Part shown: positions 1 to 7,599 of the stretch, one piece after another | Layout of the letters: each line of letters begins with the position of its first letter | Position numbering within the stretch: position 1 is the stretch's first letter | Assembly: GCA_964490895.1 (NCBI GenBank) | Contig: CAZBEI010000111.1 | Location: 1-58,488, forward strand | DNA: 58,488 nt | DNA from: an uncultured Bdellovibrio sp. | Lineage (GTDB): Bacteria; Bdellovibrionota; UBA1018 | Direction of reading: 5' to 3' | Program-made: the position numbers and the translations under genes | The notes under the pieces: generated by a model | Told to the model about the DNA's origin: nothing | The model's database searches: none | Seen by the model: the letters and a program-made list of their open reading frames with translations, nothing else

Positions 1-168
1 CTACTTCAGAACTGTCCAATTTAAGGGCGCACTCAGGCCTTCGGGACGCGGCCCACTCCCTATACAAAAATAGCTCACCCAAAAACCTAATAAATTTTAA
101 AATGCCTTCTGTAAACTTTGTAAACGATGGTTACTGGATGCAAATCACTCCACAATTTGCCTGGTAGC

Positions 169-207
169 CACTCCACTGTGGAGTGATTTTCTGAAAAGCT
201 TTTTACC
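169..207 (+). repeat. Intergenic double-palindrome element, copy A
   Basis: CACTCCAC-T-GTGGAGTG palindrome (169-185), then a T-run and the AAAAGCTTTT palindrome. About 32 of 38 aligned positions are identical to 2687-2725 in the same orientation. An extra upstream CACTCCAC (146-153) could pair with 178-185 instead. Confidence 0.75.
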
Positions 208-404
208 CTGACTTTGAATCTGCAAAATAACGCGCCAACACATCGCGTTACCTTAGTCCGTTTGCTATTTAAAAAAATTCCAGGAAATTAACTAAAAAGT
301 TAAAAAATTACTTTTTATACTTTTTATTAGATATGAGAGAATTGCCAGCACGGGGCTGACTGTTATTTTCATATAAAACGTTTGTAAGATAAAGGGGGAT
401 TCAT

Positions 405-1139
405 ATGAAAAAGAAAAACTGGTTTTTGATCGTGTTTTGCTTGCCACTAGGCAATTTTGCGAGAGCCGAGCTACCCTATAAAATCACGATTATTTTAGAT
501 AAACTCCAATATCAAGCCGAAGCTCAAAAACCATTTCAGACCCAAGATGATGTCCTGAGATCTTATCTTCTCTATGCCAGCTTTAGAGTGGACACTCAAA
601 ACATGCACGCAGTTTCTACTTGCGCCATTCAATTTCTTCCGGACCCGTCTAACAAAGACGAATGGGGCAATGTGATTTCGCCACTCTGGGAAGGGATGAT
701 TGCTCCCTGGTGGATCATCCAGTATGGAGTTTACAATTCGTTTATTAGCAATAACTGGGCGATCTTGCCAGAGGGAGGAGTCTTTCCATGTGCTCTTAAC
801 CAAGACCCAATGACAGTGGGCATCCCTCCTTCGCAACTCCATACTTTAGGAAAAACAGTGGGTGGAAACGATCGAGATCACACACAACCACCACTCATAC
901 CTCCACCCGTAGATGATGACATCTGGATGGCGGAGCTGCGCAGACCTGAGAGCAAAAAAGTCTTACTCATTTTAGACGCAGTCTCCTATGACTTTCATTT
1001 TTTTAAAATCGTCTTAGACCCAATCACTCAGAGCCATTACCACAGCTCTAACTTTAACCCCCTACAAACGCAGTGGAATCCGCACTTTCACATACAGGAA
1101 ATTCTAAAAGCCATGGCCCAGTGGCCGTTTGAGAAATAA
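405..1139 (+). CDS. Hypothetical secreted protein (orphan)
   Basis: ATG preceded by AAAGGGGG Shine-Dalgarno. N-terminal signal peptide MKKKNWFLIVFCLPLGNFARA. No family motif recognised. Confidence 0.6.
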   Translation: MKKKNWFLIVFCLPLGNFARAELPYKITIILDKLQYQAEAQKPFQTQDDVLRSYLLYASFRVDTQNMHAVSTCAIQFLPDPSNKDEWGNVISPLWEGMIAPWWIIQYGVYNSFISNNWAILPEGGVFPCALNQDPMTVGIPPSQLHTLGKTVGGNDRDHTQPPLIPPPVDDDIWMAELRRPESKKVLLILDAVSYDFHFFKIVLDPITQSHYHSSNFNPLQTQWNPHFHIQEILKAMAQWPFEK

Positions 1140-1144
1140 AATGA

Positions 1145-1579
1145 CTACTTCAATCTTGAATCATGAACATTGAGAATCCCAAGCATTGACTCGGGAGGTG
1201 CATCAAAAGTACAACCTTTTTCAATCAAGGGAAGCAGCGCCAATCCTGCTAAGGGGTTTGAATAACTGGGGGACGAAAAATATTCAGTCGCGTCATAATT
1301 TTCGCCACCCATTGGTAAAAATGACGAATTTTTTTCTTGAAATAAATGGTGCAATAAAATGGCAACCTGCTTTTGAAGGTCTTTAAATTTTTCTTTTAGT
1401 TCTGGGGCTTTATTGAGCATTCTAAGACCTGCTGTAACATAAGTAACTGACGGATAAAAATAATAAGGAGCCATGCTCATTTGACGGTGTTGAAAAGTTA
1501 ACCGAATAAAGCAAGTTTCGAGTTTTTCAAGCACTATTTCTTTTTTCTCAATCGAGGAACCGGGTAAAATTCGAGCCAT
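1145..1579 (-). CDS. Hypothetical protein, possibly the 3' fragment of a disrupted gene
   Basis: 144-aa ORF with no signal peptide and no clear RBS. Its start overlaps the upstream same-strand ORF by 32 nt. Confidence 0.35.
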   Translation of the reverse strand: MARILPGSSIEKKEIVLEKLETCFIRLTFQHRQMSMAPYYFYPSVTYVTAGLRMLNKAPELKEKFKDLQKQVAILLHHLFQEKNSSFLPMGGENYDATEYFSSPSYSNPLAGLALLPLIEKGCTFDAPPESMLGILNVHDSRLK

Positions 1580-2042
1580 ATTTTTCGAACTGATCTTCTA
1601 AATCAGGAAACTGCTTTTGTTGAAAAGACTCTAAAACGAACTGATTTGCATACTCTCGAAACCAATCTGGAGATTTGGTAATAGAAGCTAACCACAGCCA
1701 AAAATATTCGAACTCATCAATCCCCTTTTGAGCAGCAACTGTGGCAAGAGCTCCTATCCAGTCTCCGCTAGACTGAAAAGCAATGTCTTCTTTAAGGTCT
1801 TTTTTCGAATCTATAAAATTTCTCTCTTTGATTATGCTCATTAAACTATCCAGGTTCCTGTACGCGTCACGTTTGGTATTAAATATCCCATTTCCATAAA
1901 TAATGGCCGTGCCGGGGCCCTCACAAGGAGCCGCCCAAGCCTTATCGCAAAAAAAGAAAGTCATTTGAATGAAAAATACCAGCCCTTTATTTTTCACATT
2001 CTGTTCCATCGTGAGGATAGCTGGGTCCAAGAAATGTTCCAT
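1548..2042 (-). CDS. Hypothetical secreted protein (start probably internal, near 2009)
   Basis: Signal-like segment KNKGLVFFIQMTFFFCDKAWA-AP near the N-terminus. Overlaps both neighbouring same-strand ORFs. Confidence 0.45.
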   Translation of the reverse strand: MEHFLDPAILTMEQNVKNKGLVFFIQMTFFFCDKAWAAPCEGPGTAIIYGNGIFNTKRDAYRNLDSLMSIIKERNFIDSKKDLKEDIAFQSSGDWIGALATVAAQKGIDEFEYFWLWLASITKSPDWFREYANQFVLESFQQKQFPDLEDQFEKYGSNFTRFLD

Positions 2043-2544
2043 TCAAATGATAATTGTACTCAATGTACTTCATAGTTCGTTCTTTTGTATTAAACACTTT
2101 GGCCTCAGTGTATTCGCCCTCTACAATATTTTCTAGATTGCTATGATCTGCAAATACCGTGCTTAAACAAGCAACTGCTTTTGCCACTTTTCGTAAGGCT
2201 TTCTCAACTTCTTCTTTATTGTTCAATTTTACTTGGAGATCAAACTGACAAGATAATGCCATCTGTCGAAGTGCTTTTTGTTTCCGCTCATCTTTTGGAT
2301 ATCTCGCATAGATCCACCTTTGCACATCATCTCTCAAACCATCATGGTCCGAGTCTATTCCCTCAATAGTTTTTCGTCCGGCTTTGCCAGGATCAGGCGG
2401 AAAGCCAGCGGGAAAGGAAAAATGTTGATCTGCATGGATGATTGCATCTAATTCAGATTTTTTTGTGCACCCATTAAAAAAGTGGAGTGATATAAAAAAC
2501 AAAAAAACTGACAACACATTTGATCTCAAAAAATTCATGTTCAT
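1987..2544 (-). CDS. Putative lipoprotein (orphan)
   Basis: Signal peptide with lipobox-like FFNG-C (MNMNFLRSNVLSVFLFFISLHFFNGC). Contains a DSDHDGLRDDVQRWI acidic motif. Confidence 0.6.
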   Translation of the reverse strand: MNMNFLRSNVLSVFLFFISLHFFNGCTKKSELDAIIHADQHFSFPAGFPPDPGKAGRKTIEGIDSDHDGLRDDVQRWIYARYPKDERKQKALRQMALSCQFDLQVKLNNKEEVEKALRKVAKAVACLSTVFADHSNLENIVEGEYTEAKVFNTKERTMKYIEYNYHLNGTFLGPSYPHDGTECEK

Positions 2545-2686
2545 ACTCTATGCAAAAATCATGCTCTGATTTTTATTCTATGTTTCTCATTACAATAGAC
2601 TGTAAATCAAACTCAATGTCCAAAAACCGAACAGAGCTAACGAGTACCTTCAAATTGTTATAACCAAGCCATAGATACACACCCCT

Positions 2687-2725
2687 GCTCCACTGTGGAG
2701 TAACTTTTTGAAAATCTTTTTTACT
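2687..2725 (+). repeat. Intergenic double-palindrome element, copy B
   Basis: GCTCCAC-T-GTGGAGT followed by a T-run and AAAATCTTTT. Direct repeat of 169-207. Its end abuts or overlaps the stop codon (2724-2726) of the minus-strand DUF1761 gene. Confidence 0.75.
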
Positions 2726-3167
2726 ACCTCCAAAAAGCTAGGATCTGTGCGATGAGCTGTAGACTCAAAAAATCATACGAAGCATTGATAAAAAATAACT
2801 TCCAGGGGCGATTTTCCCAAGATATCTTTCCAAATTGCATCGGGACATAGAAGCCAAGCCAAGTAAAAAATCCTCCAAAGAATCCATAACAGGCATTTGC
2901 TGCATCTTGGCCGACTCCCCAAACCGAAGGACGCCAGACTTGTGTGGTGTGAGCCAAGACGTAAGTGGTGAGAAAGAGCCCAAGAATCTGGAGAGCAAAA
3001 GCTCTCATCATCACCTCTTTTTTAGGCTTTTGATCCATCTTGATGCCCATGATCTTTGCCCATGACTTTCCAAAAAGTGGACCATACCAGAGAAATCCGA
3101 AAAAAAATGCTGCCACCATAGCCAATAGTATCGCCTGCCAATTTAAAATGAGATGAGGTTCTTGCAT
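2724..3167 (-). CDS. DUF1761-family small membrane protein
   Basis: Four predicted TM segments. The N-terminal pattern FFFGFLWYGPLFGKSWAKIMG is typical of DUF1761 as I recall it. Confidence 0.65.
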   Translation of the reverse strand: MQEPHLILNWQAILLAMVAAFFFGFLWYGPLFGKSWAKIMGIKMDQKPKKEVMMRAFALQILGLFLTTYVLAHTTQVWRPSVWGVGQDAANACYGFFGGFFTWLGFYVPMQFGKISWENRPWKLFFINASYDFLSLQLIAQILAFWR

Positions 3168-3188
3168 AATGATGATTGTACAGGAACT

Positions 3189-3836
3189 TTAAACTTTTAG
3201 ACAAGGGGTTTTCATAATGCACGAATACTGCCTCTTGCCCTGATTTCCTTTTCGGTAGCTGAAAAACTGGCCGGAGCACCGTGTGCAAAATCGGAGTATG
3301 TCTACTTCTTTGACTCCTATTTTTTTGAGCTCATGTGCATTTATATTTTGCAAATCTAAGTAGTTTTGTTTTTGAAAACCGATACCGTTGAATTTATTTT
3401 TAAATTCTAAAAAAAGCTCCGGGCTCACTTCGTAACAACAAGGCCCAATCGAAGGCCCAATGGCGGCCACCCAGTCCTTTGGATTTTCGTTATTTTTTGT
3501 GAGAATGCTCCCAAAATTTTGGATGATTTGACCCAAAGTGCCCCTCCACCCTGCATGGAGGGCGGCCACTAATTTCCCGTTTTTCTGAGCCAGTAAAATC
3601 GGCACACAATCTGCTGTGGCAATGACAATGGGGATGTCATTTTTAGAAGTCCAAACCCCATCTGCCTCCCCGCCACTTTCTTTGGGCGCTATCGCTTGAA
3701 AAATTTTTACCCCATGCACCTGCTTCATCATAGGGCGCGCATCCCATGCATTTTTAAAGTTTTCTGGAATGGGTTCTGCCATTGTTCCAAACCCATGCGA
3801 AACTCCTATCACTCCAGTAAGAATTTTACTTTGCAT
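3189..3836 (-). CDS. pgeF: Peptidoglycan editing factor PgeF / YfiH (DUF152 laccase-domain protein)
   Basis: Motifs ADCVPILL, HAGWRG and GPSIGPCCYEV. Sits directly downstream of rluD, as in E. coli rluD-yfiH. 11-nt overlap with rluD. Confidence 0.85.
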   Translation of the reverse strand: MQSKILTGVIGVSHGFGTMAEPIPENFKNAWDARPMMKQVHGVKIFQAIAPKESGGEADGVWTSKNDIPIVIATADCVPILLAQKNGKLVAALHAGWRGTLGQIIQNFGSILTKNNENPKDWVAAIGPSIGPCCYEVSPELFLEFKNKFNGIGFQKQNYLDLQNINAHELKKIGVKEVDILRFCTRCSGQFFSYRKGNQGKRQYSCIMKTPCLKV

Positions 3837-4881
3837 AGGGTCTCAACATTTCCAAAAGATCACTAAAAGCCTCTGGCGGTCGAGCCTGAAATTTCATCTC
3901 TTTTTCAGTGACTGGGTGCAAAAAGCTAATCTCACGAGCATGCAACGCTTGCCCCAAAAGAGTGCGGACTTTGTGTTTAATTTTCTCAGGAAGCGCCAGC
4001 CATTTTTCTTGTTTTAGAGAGGCCACTCCATAGAGTGGATCACCTAAAATAGAATTCCCAAGGGCAGTCAAATGGACTCTAATTTGGTGAGTGCGCCCTG
4101 TTTTTAATTGGGCTTCTATTAAAGAGGCGAATGGTAAAGCTGCGAATGGTAGAGCTGCAAAGGGGCTACCTTTGTTAGAAAAATACTTTTTCAAAACCCT
4201 AAAATGAGTCACCGCTTTTTTTCCATTTTTAGTCTGGATGGACATTTTTTTTCGGTCTTTTGGATTTCTTCCAATCAGAGTTTCCATTTCAATATCTTTT
4301 TTAGGAGACCCATAACAAAGTGCCCAGTAGATTTTTTTCACCTCTTGTCTTGAAAAAGCTTGGGTTAATTTTTGGTGGGCCAGGTCTGTTTTGGCCACGA
4401 CCAATGCTCCACTCGTAAACTGATCTAGACGATGGACAATGCCAGGGCGAATTTTTCCTCCAATGCCACTGAGATTTTTAATATGATAGAGGAGCGCATG
4501 AACTAAAGTCGGACTTTTTTGGGTGGTCGCAGGATGGACAATAAGCCCTTGGGGTTTGTTTAGGACCAAAAGATGGGAATCTTGATATAAAATTTCTAAA
4601 GGAATATTTTCAGGTTCAATCAATAGAGGTTCTAGCTCTGGAAGTTCTAGCTCTATATCATTTCCTATTTGCAATGGTGTCCCTGATTTTGTGAGAAGTA
4701 GACCATTGCGTTTGATTTTTCCCTGTTCGATTAATTGTTGAACCCTATTTCTAGAAAAAGTTTGTTGAGGAGGATTATCCCAAACTCCCAATTCATTTTT
4801 CAGAGCCGCCAAAATCAAGGCATCCGCTCGGTTAAACTGAGTCGGACTCTCTTGAATGATCCATTTCCAGTGAGAGCTCAT
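3826..4881 (-). CDS. rluD: 23S rRNA pseudouridine synthase, RluA/RluD family
   Basis: N-terminal S4-like region. Catalytic HRLDQFTSG and the GRTHQIRVH motif. Confidence 0.9.
   Translation of the reverse strand: MSSHWKWIIQESPTQFNRADALILAALKNELGVWDNPPQQTFSRNRVQQLIEQGKIKRNGLLLTKSGTPLQIGNDIELELPELEPLLIEPENIPLEILYQDSHLLVLNKPQGLIVHPATTQKSPTLVHALLYHIKNLSGIGGKIRPGIVHRLDQFTSGALVVAKTDLAHQKLTQAFSRQEVKKIYWALCYGSPKKDIEMETLIGRNPKDRKKMSIQTKNGKKAVTHFRVLKKYFSNKGSPFAALPFAALPFASLIEAQLKTGRTHQIRVHLTALGNSILGDPLYGVASLKQEKWLALPEKIKHKVRTLLGQALHAREISFLHPVTEKEMKFQARPPEAFSDLLEMLRPYAK
4128..4172 (-). repeat. 15-nt in-frame tandem repeat inside rluD
   Basis: gcgaatggtaaagct / gcgaatggtagagct / gcaaaggggctacct, encoding PFAALPFAALPFASL. 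Confidence 0.85.
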
Positions 4882-5492
4882 TTTGCCTGTGTTTTTTTAT
4901 AGCGTTCCAAATAGCTTGAAGTGACTTTATCTACAGGAAGTTTCAGTTGCTTTGCAATTTGGATTAAAAATCCTCTCAAGAAAACTACAGCAGGCAAGAC
5001 TGAAAAATTTTCTTCTTCAATCGCTGTTAAGTATTTCTTACTAATTTTTGTAATTTGAGAGAGTTCCTCAAGTGAGATTTTTTTTAGCTCCCTACGCTGT
5101 CTCAGGAACAAACCTCTCCACTCTGTTTGTTCTGAAAGTGGCGCTAGTGGTGGAACAAGAGGAGAGGTCATCGGCGGGGGGGGTACAAAGTCAGTAGAAG
5201 GTGGAATTAAAATAGAATTTTCGTTGTCTGTTTTTTCCATGGGAGCTGGCACCATTCCAAAATTTTGATCGTAATCCCTTTTTTTTTCTGGATGTGAGAG
5301 AAACTGATAGGCCTCTTCTATTTTTTCTAAGATGGTTTCTGTCTCAAAACTATCCATGAGAGTGTAAACAGCTGCACTGTCTTTTTTGTAAGCACCTTTT
5401 AGCCGCTGATAGGCTTCTCGAATGTCTTGTGCGGTGGCGTCTGGAGAGATTTCGAGCACTTCGTAATAGTTTGTGTTTTCTCCGAAAATCAT
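4878..5492 (-). CDS. J-like domain (HPD-less) fused to a RodZ-type HTH domain protein
   Basis: N-terminus YYEVLEISPDATAQDIREAYQRLKGAYKKD...EAYQFLSHPEKKRDYD matches J-domain helices, but KKD replaces HPD. A Pro-rich linker follows. C-terminus ISLEELSQITKISKKYLTAIEEENFSVLP resembles the RodZ/HTH_25 type. ATGA overlap with rluD. Confidence 0.75.
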   Translation of the reverse strand: MIFGENTNYYEVLEISPDATAQDIREAYQRLKGAYKKDSAAVYTLMDSFETETILEKIEEAYQFLSHPEKKRDYDQNFGMVPAPMEKTDNENSILIPPSTDFVPPPPMTSPLVPPLAPLSEQTEWRGLFLRQRRELKKISLEELSQITKISKKYLTAIEEENFSVLPAVVFLRGFLIQIAKQLKLPVDKVTSSYLERYKKTQAK

Positions 5493-5494
5493 AG

Positions 5495-6496
5495 TTAAGA
5501 ACTTCTTAAATCGCTCGATTTGTGAATCATTTGATGAGTCATTTGTTCTAAGGAAATTGAAAATTTAGAATTTGGGAACTCTAAAAGAAGGGGACGCTTT
5601 TTCCTGACCGCTTGCCAAACGAAAGGATCATAATCTAGATTTCCAAGGTAATCCATGTCAATTCCGAAATACCTTTTGCATACTGTTTTTACTGAACGCC
5701 CAATCTCAATATCTGTTTGAGTGCGGGTTTGATTGACAATAAGTTTCGGTTGAAATTTTTCAATTTCATTTTTTAATTTAACTGCGAGTTCTAAACTTGT
5801 TTTGCTGGCCTCGCGGTAAAGGTCCGAAGGAGTAATAATTTTAGAGTTATTTTTCGGGTCCATGACTTGATCTACAAGAGAGCGAATTTGAGCAAACTCG
5901 GGGTTGAGTTTGATTCTTCTATAATAGACTCCCTTGATAAATCGATAGGCATTTTCGATGGATGTGGGCTCTGGCAGGAGCACAATAAAACCCACATCGC
6001 TAAAGGCAAAAAAATCCAAAGTATTGAGATTGGTGCCAGCGCCCAAATCAAATATTAAATAATCAGCATTGAGTTCCCAAATTGCGTTTAAAAAGTGTGT
6101 TTTTGCAAGGTGTGGAAGATTCGCAATATCCAAAGAGTCTTGTGCTCCGCTGATGAGCTCGACATTGGGTATTTCGGTAGGAGCAACACAAGCGGACAAG
6201 GACGGCTCTCTGTTTGTAATAAAATCGTTGAGTGATTGTTTTGGGAGATCCACTCCTAAAGAGGTGTGGAGGTTGGCGCCTCCTAGGTCTAAATCAATGG
6301 CAATGACCTTATAGCCCAAACGAGAAAGAGAAATCGCAAAATTAGAGGCAATTAAACTTTTTCCAATGCCACCTTTTCCTCCACCTATCGACCAAATTTG
6401 TTTGATTCGAGTGTGTGCTGGTGGCTTTAATGGCAAAAAATACTCCATCTGAGATGGGGAAGGGCCGGCTGGGGGGGTGGATTCGATTACTTGCAC
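5495..6496 (-). CDS. MinD/ParA-family P-loop ATPase (orphan)
   Basis: Deviant Walker A GGGKGGIGKS followed by AIDLDLGGANLH. GTG start at 6496, or ATG at 6448. Its stop lies 2 nt from the downstream J-like gene. Confidence 0.8.
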   Translation of the reverse strand: MQVIESTPPAGPSPSQMEYFLPLKPPAHTRIKQIWSIGGGKGGIGKSLIASNFAISLSRLGYKVIAIDLDLGGANLHTSLGVDLPKQSLNDFITNREPSLSACVAPTEIPNVELISGAQDSLDIANLPHLAKTHFLNAIWELNADYLIFDLGAGTNLNTLDFFAFSDVGFIVLLPEPTSIENAYRFIKGVYYRRIKLNPEFAQIRSLVDQVMDPKNNSKIITPSDLYREASKTSLELAVKLKNEIEKFQPKLIVNQTRTQTDIEIGRSVKTVCKRYFGIDMDYLGNLDYDPFVWQAVRKKRPLLLEFPNSKFSISLEQMTHQMIHKSSDLRSS

Positions 6497-6740
6497 TTGA
6501 ATTTTATTGGCCTCATTTGTTAATGATTTAGCCCTTAGACCTTAGGTGTCAAGGCGAATTAACTGCGAACCCTATTTCGCAGTCAGAGTGAAAATCGGGA
6601 AGTCGACTTTGCTTGTCACCCGAGGATTTTAAAAATCTAATAATTTAACGCGATGCATTTTTTTCTATTGTCTTAACATGCTGTTTTTATTGAATATATT
6701 ACCTCAAAAAAAGACCCTAAAACAACGAATTTTTTTGGTT

Positions 6741-6756
6741 TGGCACTACTTTTGCT
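6741..6756 (+). promoter_or_regulatory. Candidate sigma-54 (-24/-12) promoter
   Basis: TGGCAC-tactt-TTGCT is an exact match to TGGCAC-N5-TTGCW. It lies about 20 nt upstream of the ATG at 6777, and GGAG at 6770-6773 is retained in the predicted transcript. Confidence 0.5.
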
Positions 6757-6776
6757 CTCCTTTGTCTTAGGAGCAT

Positions 6777-7454
6777 ATGTTTCATATGAAGGAAATCGCA
6801 CAAACCACGTCGTTGCCCTTTCGCCTATCCATCAGAAGTGATCTCCATTTGGCCAGAAAAATATGGCATTTAGGGATGGGCACATTGATTGCCGGCATTT
6901 ATATGAATGGTGTTTCGAAGGCTGTTGCGGTGATCATTTTAGGTAGTTTTTTTGGTTTAGACTTATTCGTTGAGATGTTTCGACTTCGTGTGCCCTCTTT
7001 TAATGCAAAAGTACTGCGCTATTGGGGGATTTTGATGAGGAATAATGAAACTACAGAGTTCAGCGGGGTGCCCTATTACCTGGCCTCTTCTTGTTTGGCG
7101 ATTGCTTTATTTCCAGCTCCAGTGGCTTCTTTGAGTATTTTGCTTTTAGCTTTTGGAGATCCCTTTGCTTCTCTTTTTGGAAATTTGTTTGGACATTGGG
7201 GTCCTCGATTTAAAAGTGGAAAGACCCTCATTGGAACGTCAGTGGGAGTACTCACTTGCGCGACTGTGAGCTATTTTTTCTTAAAATCACAAATGACAGA
7301 TCTCCCTAAACATATGCTTTATCAGATTTCCATTATCGGAGGCCTGGTCGGGGGAATTTCGGAGCTCCTGCCCCTAGAAATTGATGATAACTTTTCTGTG
7401 CCCATGGTGTCTGGGTTTGTCCTTTGGTTTGTCCTTATCCTTTATGGATTGTAA
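6777..7454 (+). CDS. Polyprenol/dolichol(phytol)-kinase family membrane protein (COG0170-like, CTP-dependent)
   Basis: About 6 TM segments. Motifs RKIWHLGMG, AFGDPFASLFGNLFG, GKTLIGTSVG and ISELLPLEIDDNFSVP, typical of the SEC59/DGK1/VTE5 family. Confidence 0.6.
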   Translation: MFHMKEIAQTTSLPFRLSIRSDLHLARKIWHLGMGTLIAGIYMNGVSKAVAVIILGSFFGLDLFVEMFRLRVPSFNAKVLRYWGILMRNNETTEFSGVPYYLASSCLAIALFPAPVASLSILLLAFGDPFASLFGNLFGHWGPRFKSGKTLIGTSVGVLTCATVSYFFLKSQMTDLPKHMLYQISIIGGLVGGISELLPLEIDDNFSVPMVSGFVLWFVLILYGL

Positions 7455-7476
7455 AAATACGGATTGTAAAAAATAC
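7446..7476 (+). repeat. Tandem 15/16-nt duplication spanning the stop codon
   Basis: ggattgtaaaaatac / ggattgtaaaaaatac. The first copy contains the last codons and the TAA of the 6777-7454 gene. Confidence 0.85.
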
Positions 7477-7559
7477 AAACATGTCTAATCCTTAGACAGA
7501 ATCCTAACTAGATCACAACAAAATATCCATTAATTTCAATATATTATATTTAAAAAATT

Positions 7560-7575
7560 TGGTATAAACCTTGCT
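7560..7575 (+). promoter_or_regulatory. Candidate sigma-54 (-24/-12) promoter
   Basis: TGGTAT-aaacc-TTGCT with GG-N10-GC spacing. About 25 nt upstream of the ATG at 7600. The predicted +1 near 7586 leaves GGAG (7587-7590) as the RBS. Confidence 0.4.
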
Positions 7576-7599
7576 TAGGAGGGGGTGGAGTCTTAAATC

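Noticed and set aside
2-167. Open frames running into the left window edge (possible 3' end of an upstream plus-strand gene)
   Set aside because: The translations (for example ...LRAHSGLRDAAHSLYKNSSPKNLINFKMPSVNF...) show no protein-like features, and the GC-rich hairpin suggests RNA structure instead. I cannot decide this without upstream sequence.
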